Shown in pieces: positions 27,460 through 39,149 of a stretch of 64,000 nucleotides of DNA. The position numbers were made by a program, and so were the translations under genes. The stretch is from positions 76,818,001 through 76,882,000 of the forward strand of contig NC_043005.1 of assembly GCF_006345805.1 (NCBI RefSeq). Direction: 5' to 3'. The notes under the pieces were generated by a model. It saw only the letters and a program-made list of their open reading frames with translations. It was not told the DNA's origin and searched no databases. The stretch comes from Octopus sinensis. Taxonomy: Eukaryota. Positions within the stretch are counted from its first letter, which is position 1, and every line of letters begins with the position of its first letter.

Positions 27460-28219
27460 GCTCTCTAACCACCACCACCACTACCATCACCACCATCACC
27501 GCCACCACCGCCACCACCAACGTCACGATCACGAACACCGTCGACACCAACGCAAGCACCACCACGTTACCACCACCATCTTACCATCACCATAAGCTCC
27601 CCACTACCATCATCACCACCACCACCACCACCACCACCACCACCACCTACCTTCGCCACTCTCATCACCAACACTACCGCCAATACCAGACTGCTAGTAC
27701 AACCAGTATTACAACTATTACCACAACACCACCACCACCATCACCACCACCACCACCACCACCACCACCACCACCACTACCGTTCGTACCAGTCAGCCAC
27801 CCCCTCAAGGAATGCCACCACACAAATACCCAACTCCACGACGTCCACCACTACCACCACCACCACTACAAGGGTATCTCAGCCTTGTGCAATTAATCCC
27901 ACCACAGCAAATACTACCTTGCAAATCACTATCACCTGTATTGCCACCACCAGCACCACCAGCACCACCACTACCTCCACCACCATCACGACCAAGAAGA
28001 CGACCACCACCACCGCTACTGCTACTACTATTGTCACGACCACTAAGACAATGACGACGACTACCACCACTACGGCTACCACCACCACTACTAACACCAC
28101 CACCATCACAGCAACTATCATCACTATGGCCACGACTATTACTACTACTATTACAATCTCTATCACCACCACCACCTCCACCACCACCACCAACCACCAC
28201 CCCTGCTGCTGCTACTACC

Positions 28220-28250
<31 letters not shown>

Positions 28251-28440
28251 ATACTACTACTACTACTACTACTACTTACTACTACTACTACCACCACCAC
28301 CACCACCACCACCATCAGACAACCGCATTATCCTCCACATTAGCGACGGCAAAAACAGCAACGGCGAAAAATCAAACCACCGTCAGAATCACTAACACTA
28401 CCACAACCACAACAACAACAACAGCAACAACCACAAACCC
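27460..28440. repeat. ~1-kb degenerate (CAC/ACT/AAC)n trinucleotide tract
   Basis: Directly visible; source of the poly-T/V/P/G pseudo-ORFs. Confidence 0.9.
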
Positions 28441-28654
28441 ATCTACCTGCTTCTACTGGGTCACTTGATCTGGTAGAAGCAACAGCCTAATTTCGCACCC
28501 CGTCGTCTTAGAAACTGGCAGATAAGAATCCTAAGCTGAGCAAAACTAGTCAGACAATGTTGTTCTAGATTCCTTTATACAAAGGAAATATACGGATTGG
28601 TCACGGCCATGAGATTTTGGATCATGTATGTTCTGTCGGGGCTGACCTAGCGTT

Positions 28655-29080
28655 AAATAATCCTTCCTACCATAGGTACAGGGCCTGAAGTTTTAGGGGA
28701 GGAGACTAGTCGATTGCATCGACCACAGTGTTTCACTGATACTTAGTTCATCGACTCCGAAAGGATGAAAGGGTAAGGTCGACTTCGGCGGAATTTGAAC
28801 TCAGAACGTAGCGACGGACGAAATACCTATTTCTTTACTACCCACAAGGGGCTAAACACAGAGAGGACAAACAAGGACAGACAAACGGATTAAGTCGATT
28901 ATATCGACCCCAGTGCGTAACTTATACTTATTTAATCGACCCCGAAAGGATGAAAGGCAAACCCCGAAAGGATGAAAGACTTGGGTTGACTTCGGTGGAA
29001 TTTGATCTCAAAACGTAACGACGGGCGAAAATACCGCTTAGCATTTCGTCCAACGTGCTAACGATTCTGTCAGCTCGCTA
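28655..29080 (-). mobile_element. Composite Meta-type SINE: LINE-tailed copy fused to a headless second copy
   Basis: Minus strand: head, core, tail TGTTTAGCCCCTTGTGGGTAGTAAAGAAAT, then AGGTATTTCGTCCGTC..core..standard tail. Confidence 0.8.
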
Positions 29081-29358
29081 ACTTAATAACACCACCTGGA
29101 AATGACATTTAGTAATGTATCTTTGTATAGTTATTTTTAGGCTCCATTGCCTAAGTTAGTCAAATAAAATAAATGAACATTAGAAATAACAATAACAAAC
29201 AGGAGGACGTGCACATAGGATGTATTAGTTAGACGCTCGGTAAAAAGCGAGAGTTTTTGACGTTTCGTGCATAACTCTCCGTCGGAAAGGAAAAAAAGAA
29301 AACGTTAAAAGAAGGAAAATATTTCACCAACAGCAAGTATTTAGTTCCATTGCTGAAG

Positions 29359-29400
<42 letters not shown>

Positions 29401-29405
<5 letters not shown>

Positions 29406-29720
29406 CTGCATTCCAGAACTTTTGAGATTTTTTCAGGAGTGGCATTTATTAATTTCAAAGAAGTACAAAACTTAATCTTCAAATCAGTATCCTCTGACAT
29501 AGGGTGGTTGCACTTGTAGGGCTCCAGCTACTTCTTGAAGGTTCCATTGAAGTCTTCCAAAATGAAGGTGTCCAGCACCCTGGTCACAACCACCTTCGTC
29601 TTATCTGGCCTGAGGAACCACCCAAAGTCATCGGAAGCAAAGATCAAGATCGTAGTGTAGGTGAGGGAAGTTATAATTATTATCTCTGTCAAGTTGGACA
29701 GGAGACAGACAAGAACACGT
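29401..29720 (-). mobile_element. Decayed mariner 3' end with TIR
   Basis: Minus strand VVTRVLDTFILEDFNGTFKK*LEPYK resembles the mariner AVTKVIDTLTQEDFHGAFQKLLERYNK segment; TIR-like end near 29401-29450. Confidence 0.65.
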
Positions 29721-29944
29721 CTTCTTGTTCCAGCTACAGCGGAGAGAAAGAAATGCAAGTTAGGAGAAGAAAGAAAGATGACCGATGCTCACGTGGGAGC
29801 CACGTGAGCAAAGTAGGAGGAGTGAGGGAGATTGAGTGACAGAGTAATAAGGCAGAATAGTGGGTGAAGAGGAGGTAAAAGAATAAGAGAAAGAGAAAAA
29901 CGAAAGAGTAAAAAGATCGTATAGAGTGCGCATCAGAATCATTA

Positions 29945-30427
29945 AGATAAAACTTACTTGGAAGAGGATGCGTGGCGTTCAATCATATAATGATATAAAT
30001 AATATATATATATGCATATATACATACGTATATGTACATACTTAATCCATACGTATATACATATATATATGCATATGTGGGCACAGCACGCCATGAAGCG
30101 TGTACAACAAAAAATACGAAGCACAAGCGCATGGAAGATGAACAATGTTTTCCAACAACGAAAGACACAAATGGAAAACAAGATAAACAACATAAAGAAC
30201 GACCGTTCATAAGTTGTTGACTGTTTTTCTAGTCTCGTATTTCGAGCATTTAACAACAATATACGCTTTCGATAAAACAGTTGCCCCCCCGCAAAGCAAA
30301 ATTAGTAACACAAACATGACAGTGAAAACAGACTGAAAGGGTTGCTAAGCCTAAACGGCACGCTATACGATCTTTTTACTCTTTCATATTTTTTTGTTGT
30401 ACAGGTTTCATGACGTCCTGTGCCCAC

Positions 30428-30490
<63 letters not shown>

Positions 30491-30533
30491 TATGATTGAA
30501 CGTCACGCATCCTCTTCCAAGTAAGTTTTATCT
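29945..30533. mobile_element. Foldback-like element with long inverted arms
   Basis: AGATAAAACTTACTTGGAAGAGGATGCGTGGCGTTCAATCATATAAT at the left and its reverse complement (1 mismatch) at the right; inner ATATGTGGGCACAG..TGTACAACAAAAAATA is also inverted. Confidence 0.75.
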
Positions 30534-30562
30534 ATCTATCTATATCTATCTATATCTATCTA

Positions 30563-30649
<87 letters not shown>

Positions 30650-30879
30650 TATATATATAGATATATATATATATATATATATTTACACACCATACTTTAA
30701 CGTGTATAACGCACCCTTCTTTGTAAAAAAAATAGGTTATATAAATATGGGAATTTCTGGATAGTATTATAATCCCTTACAAAACCTTTTATCCAAATTT
30801 TAAGCTCCCAAAATTAGGGTATTCCTTATAGACGTGTGTTCCTTGTACACATTAAAATACGGTATATGCACACGCAACC

Positions 30880-31740
30880 CCCCCCCCCACCACCGCTATT
30901 ATCACGGCCTTCATTACTAAACCAATACCAGTTGTAATAAACTTGTTGAAATACTTCTCAACCACCACGCCTTCTCCATCCCAACCACGCCACCTCTCCT
31001 ATAACTACATTGAGAGACTAGTGAAACCACCACCACCACCACAACGAATAACGACATCATCATCATCTTTACCCTCACTATTATAAACTTGACTGCGGAC
31101 ACCACCACCACTCTGTATTTCAATAGCAATAGACTTGTATAACCACAAGCCTGACCTCAGACGCCGCCACCACCAAAACTAATGCAACTACCACCAGCAA
31201 CAATAACAACAATAACAACACCAAAACCGCCAACTACACCACCACCGCCACCACCATAACCACTTAGACCAACGTCAACTACACCAACGCGATCACCACC
31301 ATCATCACTGCCACCATCCCCTCCACCACCAACTCCACCACCACCACCAACAAGAACAACAAGAACAACAACACCACCACCAAAACCACCACCACTACCA
31401 CCACCACCACCACCAAAACCACCGCCACCACCAACACCACCAATACCGCCTTCACCACAACCACTTAGACCAACGCCAACGACACCAACGCGATCACCAC
31501 CATCATCACTGCCACCATCACTGCCACCATCTTCTGCACCACCACCACCGCCACCGCCGCCACCACCACCTCCACCACCACCACCATCACCACCGCCACG
31601 ACAAGCAGCCATCAGAATCGCCATAGCAGGATATAAAAGCAAAGACAGGCTTGTGTGAACACCACCGTTTCCATCTCCACCATCAACACCACCACCAAAA
31701 GTCCCACGAATACCACCACCACCTCCAATTTCACTCTTAC
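30880..31740. repeat. (CAC)n-rich tract with a 60-bp internal direct repeat (~31260 and ~31461)
   Basis: ACCACTTAGACCAACG.CAAC.ACACCAACGCGATCACCACCATCATCACTGCCACCATC occurs twice. Confidence 0.85.
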
Positions 31741-31769
31741 CACCTCCTTTACGATTTCCCCATTACCAC

Positions 31770-32085
31770 TACGGCGGCGACGATGGTGGGGTTCCAGTTG
31801 ATCCGATCATCGGAACAGCCTGCTCGTGAAATTAACGTGCAAGTGGCTGAGCATTCCACAGACACGCGTACCCTTAACGTAGTTCTCAGGGAGATTCAGA
31901 ATAATACAGAATGTGACAAGACTGTCCCTTTTAATTTTTAGGTACAGCTCATGTTTGCCAGCTGAGTGAACTGGAGCAACGTGAAATAAAGTGTCTTGCT
32001 GAAGGACACAACGCTCCCCTGTGGATCGAACTCACAACTTTACGATCGTGAGCCCAATAACCTAACCACTAAGCCACGCGTTCTC
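31770..32085 (-). mobile_element. tRNA-derived SINE (further family; related 5' part at ~47737-47940 +)
   Basis: Minus strand head GTGGCTTAGTGGTTAGG..AGTTCGATCC, CCTTCAGCAAGACACTT, long 3' domain CTGAGAACTACGTTAAGGGTACGCGTGTCTGTGG. Confidence 0.7.
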
Positions 32086-32359
32086 GTAATACTCATCACC
32101 ATTTTCACAGCCATCTCTATCATCACTACCGCTATTGTCACCATCATCATGACCACATTACCCCCACCCCATTACCTTATCCACCGCTATAATATCGACC
32201 ACTACAACCACCATCACCTTCACTACTATATGCCCGGAATACCCGAGGCTAACGCGGGTGGCTTTATGCAATTGTACGATTTGCTAAAAGTAGTAGACCA
32301 ATGTACTTCAAACGGTACTCTAAGGTCTAAAAAAAAAAGGAAGGCCATATTTAACTTTT

Positions 32360-32700
32360 ACCTTTTACTTCTTTCAGTCACTGAAGTGCGGCCTTGCTGA
32401 AGCACAATCTCCAGGTGGTTTTTAGTCTCACAAATCTACCCCAGTAATTATTTTTAAAGTCTGGTGTTCATTAAATTATTCTCTTATGCTGAATCGCAAA
32501 TGTTATAGGGACGTAAACAAACCAGCACCAGGTGTCCAGCAGCGGTGGAGGAAAAACGCTGGTTTCCATTTACTAAATTCACTCACAAGGCATTAGTCAA
32601 TTCGGGCTATAGTAGAAGGCATTTGTGCAAGGTGCCGGGCAGGAAGATTGAACCCGAAACTATGCTACTGAAAAAGCAAGTTTCTTAACCCATTGAGCTA
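32360..32700 (-). mobile_element. Old, diverged CORE-like SINE copy lacking the internal microsatellite
   Basis: Both halves of the 23176 family are recognisable and joined by ~20 non-repetitive bases. Confidence 0.6.
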
Positions 32701-32798
32701 TGTTTGTGTCTGTAATGGATAATGTATTCTTTAAAACGCCTAAAAGAATGGAATGGTCACTGAAAGGATACTTTTTGATCATAGATCTGCTTGGGACT

Positions 32799-32877
32799 GA
32801 AGAAGAAGAAGAAGAAGAAGAAGAAGAAGAAGAAGAAGAAGAAGAAGAAGAAGAAGAAGAAGAAGAAGAAGAAGAAG
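32799..32877 (+). repeat. Pure (GAA)n tract, ~26 units
   Basis: Directly visible. Confidence 0.95.
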
Positions 32878-34107
32878 AGCAACCAACAACAACCACGATG
32901 ATGTTATTTAGTGCCGTAGCTAGTGTGTGTGCCACCCGGAGCAGCCAATGAAATTCTTCCCCCCCTCTGGTACACCGAATCCCTGCCGACCTGTACAGCA
33001 GACCTAAAAGTGCCATCCCAATAAAAGCATCGCCCGGGGCGGCCCAAACTCTTTAACGTTCAACTAACGGTACTGAAGTCATTTTCTTACGTATTAGGTA
33101 CTGTATCTGCGAGTCTGGATTCATTCAATGTGAGCTAAGAAAGGGATAACCATGTAGCCATTACCCTTCCAGGACATGGCCGATGTTTCGCTGTTTAAAG
33201 TGACTCCTCTCCTTGAGAAGTGTGTGATGGGTACCCAGCAGAACCAAAAACATCTGTGAAAGGAAAATCACAGGCTGACTCGCCCCCATCAACCAACATC
33301 GCCCCAACTGCAGACGAAACGGAAGAAGACCCTCTTCTATTGTTACGGCTAGATTTCTCAGCGGTTTCTGCCGGTGGATGAGGGAAATGCCTGACGGACT
33401 GGCTATAAAGACGCGGTTCAACCACAATTTAGAATCTACGAGAATCCGTTGCAGTATCAGCTCCAAATCCTGTGTATCCCATGATTCTTGTGCTGCGAAG
33501 GAGGACTTGAAGTGATGGTGCATGGGTCACCTGTCAAGTCGTGATCCACCATAATCAAACCCAATCCAAAGGCTTTCTTTCTCTGGGAGAAAACAATCCT
33601 CGGATTTCAGACGTTTTGCGGAAAATCTGGCTGCTATTTCTAATGGCTAATAGCGATGATTTTGAGTAGCTATGATAGTTGTACGACTTCTGGTAATGGT
33701 GGGGATGTTGGAGTGGGAAGGCACAGCTTTTAGGATTTGGGTTCTAATGCTGATTATTAGGACACTGATGAAGATTAGGTAAAAGGGAGCGTCGTTGTTA
33801 TTGTTGTTGTTGTTGTTAAGCACATGTCGATCCCTATTCAGCAACTCTGTGATCTAAAGTATTCCGTCCGTGACCATCCCGAATTTGCCTTGTATCCCCT
33901 TCTCCACCCTGTTTTTAATAATGCGACAGGGAATGAGGGAAGGGAGGTTTGGGGACTACTTGTAAATCATCAGACTACTTAGGGGCCTCCAGAATTTCTC
34001 CTCTGTTGAGGGAGGTGTGGTAAGTTCACTAGTAGTAGTAGTAGTAGTGGTGGTGGTGGTCGAAGTAATAGCAGAGGTGGTGGTGGTGGTCAAGGTATTA
34101 TTATTAC

Positions 34108-34214
<107 letters not shown>

Positions 34215-34312
34215 ATGCAGTTAGCAGCAGCAGTGCTAGACTCAGACAGGTGAGTGGCGAACGGACCGGCAGTTTGAAGGTTAAGTTGTGATGGTGCAAC
34301 GCTGATAGGAGT

Positions 34313-34353
<41 letters not shown>

Positions 34354-34616
34354 ATAATGAAAATGACGATGAGATGCTGCTCCGGGTGGTGATGATGATA
34401 ATGATGATGATGACTACGGCGATAGCGGTGTATGTTCTGAAGATGTCAGCCGCTAGCTCACTCGACCGGCCGGCCGGCCAGCATACAGGTTTGCTGCAAT
34501 GACGCCGACACGTTAAGTGGGGCTAAAAATAAGATATGGAGTTCGGGTGGTGGTGTGTATAGTTAGGCTGCAGTGTACGTGTGTGAATGTATCTTTGCGT
34601 AACTGTACGTGCATGT

Positions 34617-34652
<36 letters not shown>

Positions 34653-34846
34653 GTGCATATGTAAAGTGTTTAGCTGCAACTGTGTGTGTATGTTTCTGTG
34701 TGCCTGGATATGTGTGTGTGTGTGTGTTACATTTTTGTATGTACATCTGCATATGACTTTATAGAGGTGTGGATGTGCGTGTGTTTATGCATTCGTCTAT
34801 GTGTCTATGAATACTTATTTCTTTTTATCTTTCTTTCTCTCATTCT

Positions 34847-34889
<43 letters not shown>

Positions 34890-34942
34890 ACACACATATT
34901 CCTGTTCATTTTATGATGGTGTAAGACCCTTCTAAAGAAATG

Positions 34943-34995
<53 letters not shown>

Positions 34996-35287
34996 ATATA
35001 TATATAATTAATATATATATTTATATATATATATATATTTCGCTGAATTCTTCCTCTAGAGAATTTCCCTTGTAGTTTGATCGTTTATGATCTATTTCTA
35101 GCATTCTGGCCGGCTACCTAGCAGGCCAGCCCTGCCAATATACACATATATTGAATTTTCTCTGACTCCTCAGATTTTTTGAATGCTGGACTACTGGTTT
35201 TAAATTGATATTAAAATTAATATTAATTTATCTCCCTCAATTTTTATATATAATATATATATATATATATACATAAGTATACATATG

Positions 35288-35342
<55 letters not shown>

Positions 35343-35562
35343 TACATATATGTAGATATGTATATATATACATATATATACGCATATACACATATATATA
35401 CATATATCATATACATACATATATATATATATTATATATATATTATATATTATATATATATATATAATAATATATATATAACATATACATACATATACAT
35501 ATACATATATATACGCATATAATACAGGCAGATAGATAGATAACACAGACATACAGACAGAC

Positions 35563-35604
<42 letters not shown>

Positions 35605-35676
35605 ACAGACTGACAGACAGACAGACAACAGATAGATAGATAGATAGATAAGAAGATAGATAGAGGATAGATAGAT

Positions 35677-36766
35677 ATGTTTCTTTATTAGCCACACAGG
35701 GCTGCACACAGATAGAACAAATTAACAAGGTAGAGTAGCTTTCTTTTGAAGGTAAAAAAAGGGGGGTGTTCTTTCAAAAGGGATCGTAAAAGGAGAGAAA
35801 GAGGACAAAAAAAAGGGGGCTTAAAAAAAGGGGGAGAGGAAAAAAATTGATCAATAGGGATCGTTATCACAGAAATGTCAATATGAAGTGTAAAGGGGAG
35901 GACAGGTGAGGTTTACCCGTGGAAAGAAAAGCCTACGGAAAAGACCACGGTAACCTCGGTCAATGAAGTCACATGTTTTATTTCTTTCTTTTATTATTTT
36001 TTTTTTTTGCAAATAAGCAACTCTCTGTATTAATTTTTTGGTTCATAGAATCATAGTCAAGGTGGCTTCGTCATTCATACGTGCCATCCTTACTACATTC
36101 ACCCATCTTTTTTTAAAACATTCACTAGACAAAACTTGCCTCTCTACTCTCACTTTCCCTCAAGTGATACTTGAAGAAGTGATGAGAGATTGACCAGAGA
36201 GGAAAGTGTTTGTCTCTAATCTTTCAGGCGCGTCCACCAGATACATTCTTTCGCCATAGCCACAAGTATGATAAAAAAGCTCTTCCTTCCCGTTCGAAGG
36301 AAGGAGGCGTGACGATATTAACGATAGACTCGGCTGATAACCGACACGTCCCACACGTGACAGCAGTCGTTCGACATAAGCCCACAGGTGGGAAATTGCT
36401 GGACACTGCACGACTGCGTGCAGAGCGGTTTCGTCGCTCTGCCCGCATCTCGGGCAGGTCGGCCCCATGTTTCTCGAGCCATGCCTATAGAGCTTATCCC
36501 GAACGGGTAGCACTTCTCGGTAGCACCGCCAGGCCAGGGATCTCTGGAAGTTGTCCATAGGTCCCGGGCCGAAAGTCGTTTGAAACAGGCGGGTCAGGTA
36601 TTCCTCGTCGACGCCCAGGTTTGCCCCGAGATCGTCGTTGTACCTCCCCTCCACTAATCCCCTATAGAATGCTTTGGTTGTGTTGAAGTCACTCAAGGTC
36701 GACCTGGGACGGCAGAGTTGCTTGAGAGCAACGCGACACTCGCGGTGCCATTCGCCCTTCCTCGGC
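35677..36766 (-). mobile_element. 5'-truncated L1/Tx1-clade LINE (ORF2 C-terminus with zf-RVT/CCHC + 3'UTR)
   Basis: LAWRCYREVLPVRDKL..CPRCGQSDETALHAVVQCP; correcting single-base shifts extends the frame to ..KRWVNVVRMARMNDEATLTMIL* (stop 36043-36045). Pyrimidine-rich 3'UTR, then AATAAAGAAAC, then (TATC)n. Confidence 0.85.
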
Positions 36767-36969
36767 TAGATAGATAGATAGATAGATAGATAGAAGCAAA
36801 ATGTAGTAGAGAGTGGGAGAGGCTGGCAATGTATTTTTCTTTCTTTTCTCCCATAACTAGAAGAATCCTCTTTTATTTGATTATTATTCTATCTTTACTA
36901 GATATTTAAATATTTAGGTTAGATTTTAATTGCTTAGTATTTTTGATTTGGTTTTGTATGCAGGAATGT

Positions 36970-37870
36970 CTTTCTGTGCAAATGTCTGATAAACAGATAT
37001 AGCGCTCCAAAAACGAAAATGAAACTCCTATATTTCACTGAGATGTAACAGCAGTTTGCCAAATGCCTCATTTTGTCTCTGACTGATCCAGATTAGCAAC
37101 GTTGTCCCAGCCTCCCTGCAAATTGGAATTTCAGTCCCCTTTTCTGGGAAATCTGAAAAATGTTTATTCTTTAAGTTTAATTTGGTCCACTTTGGGAAAG
37201 AGGATACTCTGAAACTACGTTCTGCTCCTCTCTCGAGGGACTCCCTATTGTCATCCAACAACATCAGAGACCTTGGAGTAATTGCTGATAACAATCTAAG
37301 CTGGAGTTCCCACGTAAACAATAAGGTTAGCTGGGTCCGCAAGATGTGCTCCTGGATTCTGAGAACTTTCTAGCCTAGGGATACTCACATCATCCTTTTC
37401 TACTCTACTTTTGCCCGACCCCACCTTGAATACTCGTCTCCTCACACGAATCATTATGATAGTGGAAGTACTCCAGGTGTCAATAACTAGAAAGATAAAC
37501 GGCATGATAGGCTTTGATTCCTGGGGTCGACTTAGTAAACACAATCTCTACTCTCTCTAACGCTGCTGTGAGCGCTACATCATTTGTGTGATGTGGAAAA
37601 TATCCCATCAATATTGCACAAATGATGTTGGCATCAATTTTAAAATTCACCCAAGTCTTGGTCCCAGTGCTACAAAGATCGAACTCAAGACACATAACAA
37701 CATTACGACACAACTATTTTACCTCAACCGGTCCAGCTCTCTTTAATATTATACCAAAATACATCAAAACGGAAACAAATCCCTTAAAATTCAAAAGTTC
37801 TCTGGACAAATTTCTCAAAACAACTCCGGACCAATCTTTTACATCTGAATATATCTCCAACAATTATAAT
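36970..37870 (+). mobile_element. CR1/L2-type LINE 3' fragment (RT C-terminus, decayed)
   Basis: FNLVHFGK..IRDLGVIADNNLSWSSHVNNKV..KMCSWILRTF..YSTFARPHLEYSS..FKSSLDKFLKTTPDQ. Confidence 0.85.
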
Positions 37871-38269
37871 AGAGTGGGCCATGGTGCCATATATGAATGA
37901 GGTGTGGATAGACTTCACCAGGCGGTGCTATTAAGTTAGACATGGCCTGGGCCGATACTGGTCGAAACTTTTCTAAGTTATTCTATTTCAAAAGAAAATA
38001 TACAAGAATTCTTCTTTGTTATGAAGCATCCATAGTGGAAACAGTCATGATTTTAATCAAAAGACCTCTACTTATACAGAATATATACAATTTTCAAAAG
38101 TGTTTTAATTATTTCTTTCTTTTCTACTAAGAAAAATAAAAAATACAATAGCTATGCAAAAATCAGACAGCCCACCCCCCACCTCAAGCAAAATAAAATA
38201 TTTGGCGACATGGGAGAAACAATGGACTTCTGTGATCTCTGAACTGTTCATACATTAATAACTAATAAC

Positions 38270-38470
38270 ATCGCTTTCAAATTTTGGCACAAGGCCAGTA
38301 ATTTCCGATTACAACGGCATCAATGTTCAAATGATACTTATTTTATCGACTCCGATAGGATAAAAGACAAATTCAACCTCGGCGGAATTTGAACTCAGAA
38401 CATAAAGACGCACGAAATGTCGGTAAACATTTTGTCCTGCATGCTAAGGATTCAGCCAGTTTGCTGCCTT
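38270..38470 (-). mobile_element. Meta-type SINE
   Basis: Reverse-complement core (CTCGGCGGAATTTGAACTCAGAAC on + strand) and tail. Confidence 0.8.
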
Positions 38471-38494
38471 ATAAAAGGCCTAATATTGGTTTCA

Positions 38495-38930
38495 AATAAG
38501 GTGGCAAGTTAGCAGAATTGTTAGCACGCCGGGGGCGGGGTAGCAGGATTGTTAGCACGCCGGACAAAATATTTAGCAGTATTTCGTCTGCCGTTACGTT
38601 CTGAGTTCAAATTTCGCCAAGGTCGATTTCCCTTTCATCCTTTCGGGGTCGATAAATTAAGTACCAGTTACCTACTGGGGTCGATATAATCGACTTAATC
38701 CGTTTGTCTATCCTTGTTTGTCCTCTCTGTGTTTAGCCCCTTGTGGGTAGTAAAGAAATAGGTATTTCGTCCGTCTGTATGTTCTAAGTTCAAATACCGC
38801 CGAGGTCGACTTTGCCTTTACATTCTTTCGAGTCGATAAATTAATTACTAGTTGATCCACTGGGGTCGATGTTATCGACTTCCACGCTCACACCAAATTC
38901 TGGCTTTTGTCTGTTGTAGAACGTAGAACA
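38495..38930 (+). mobile_element. Composite Meta-type SINE: doubled head, LINE-tailed copy, headless second copy
   Basis: TTAGCACGCCGG occurs twice; tail TGTTTAGCCCCTTGTGGGTAGTAAAGAAAT is followed by AGGTATTTCGTCCGTC..second core. Confidence 0.8.
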
Positions 38931-39149
38931 CATATTTCAGTTTACTTTGACATTATTCCATTAAAAAGACAGCAAAAATGTTATTTTTTCATTGTCGTGT
39001 GTATTTAATAAAGAACTCAGGAAGGATTACTCTTTTCCAAGGTAAAGTGATCACTAAATTCCAGGGCAGATTTGCGAACGGGCTGTTATTCATGGCTATT
39101 TGAAAGCTCATAGGTAGTAAGCAAGTGTTGTTGGTAGTTCGTTATTTTT

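Noticed and set aside
34247-34255. CAG|GTGAGT consensus donor on +
   Set aside because: No upstream acceptor or open exon; flanked by (TAG)n repeats.
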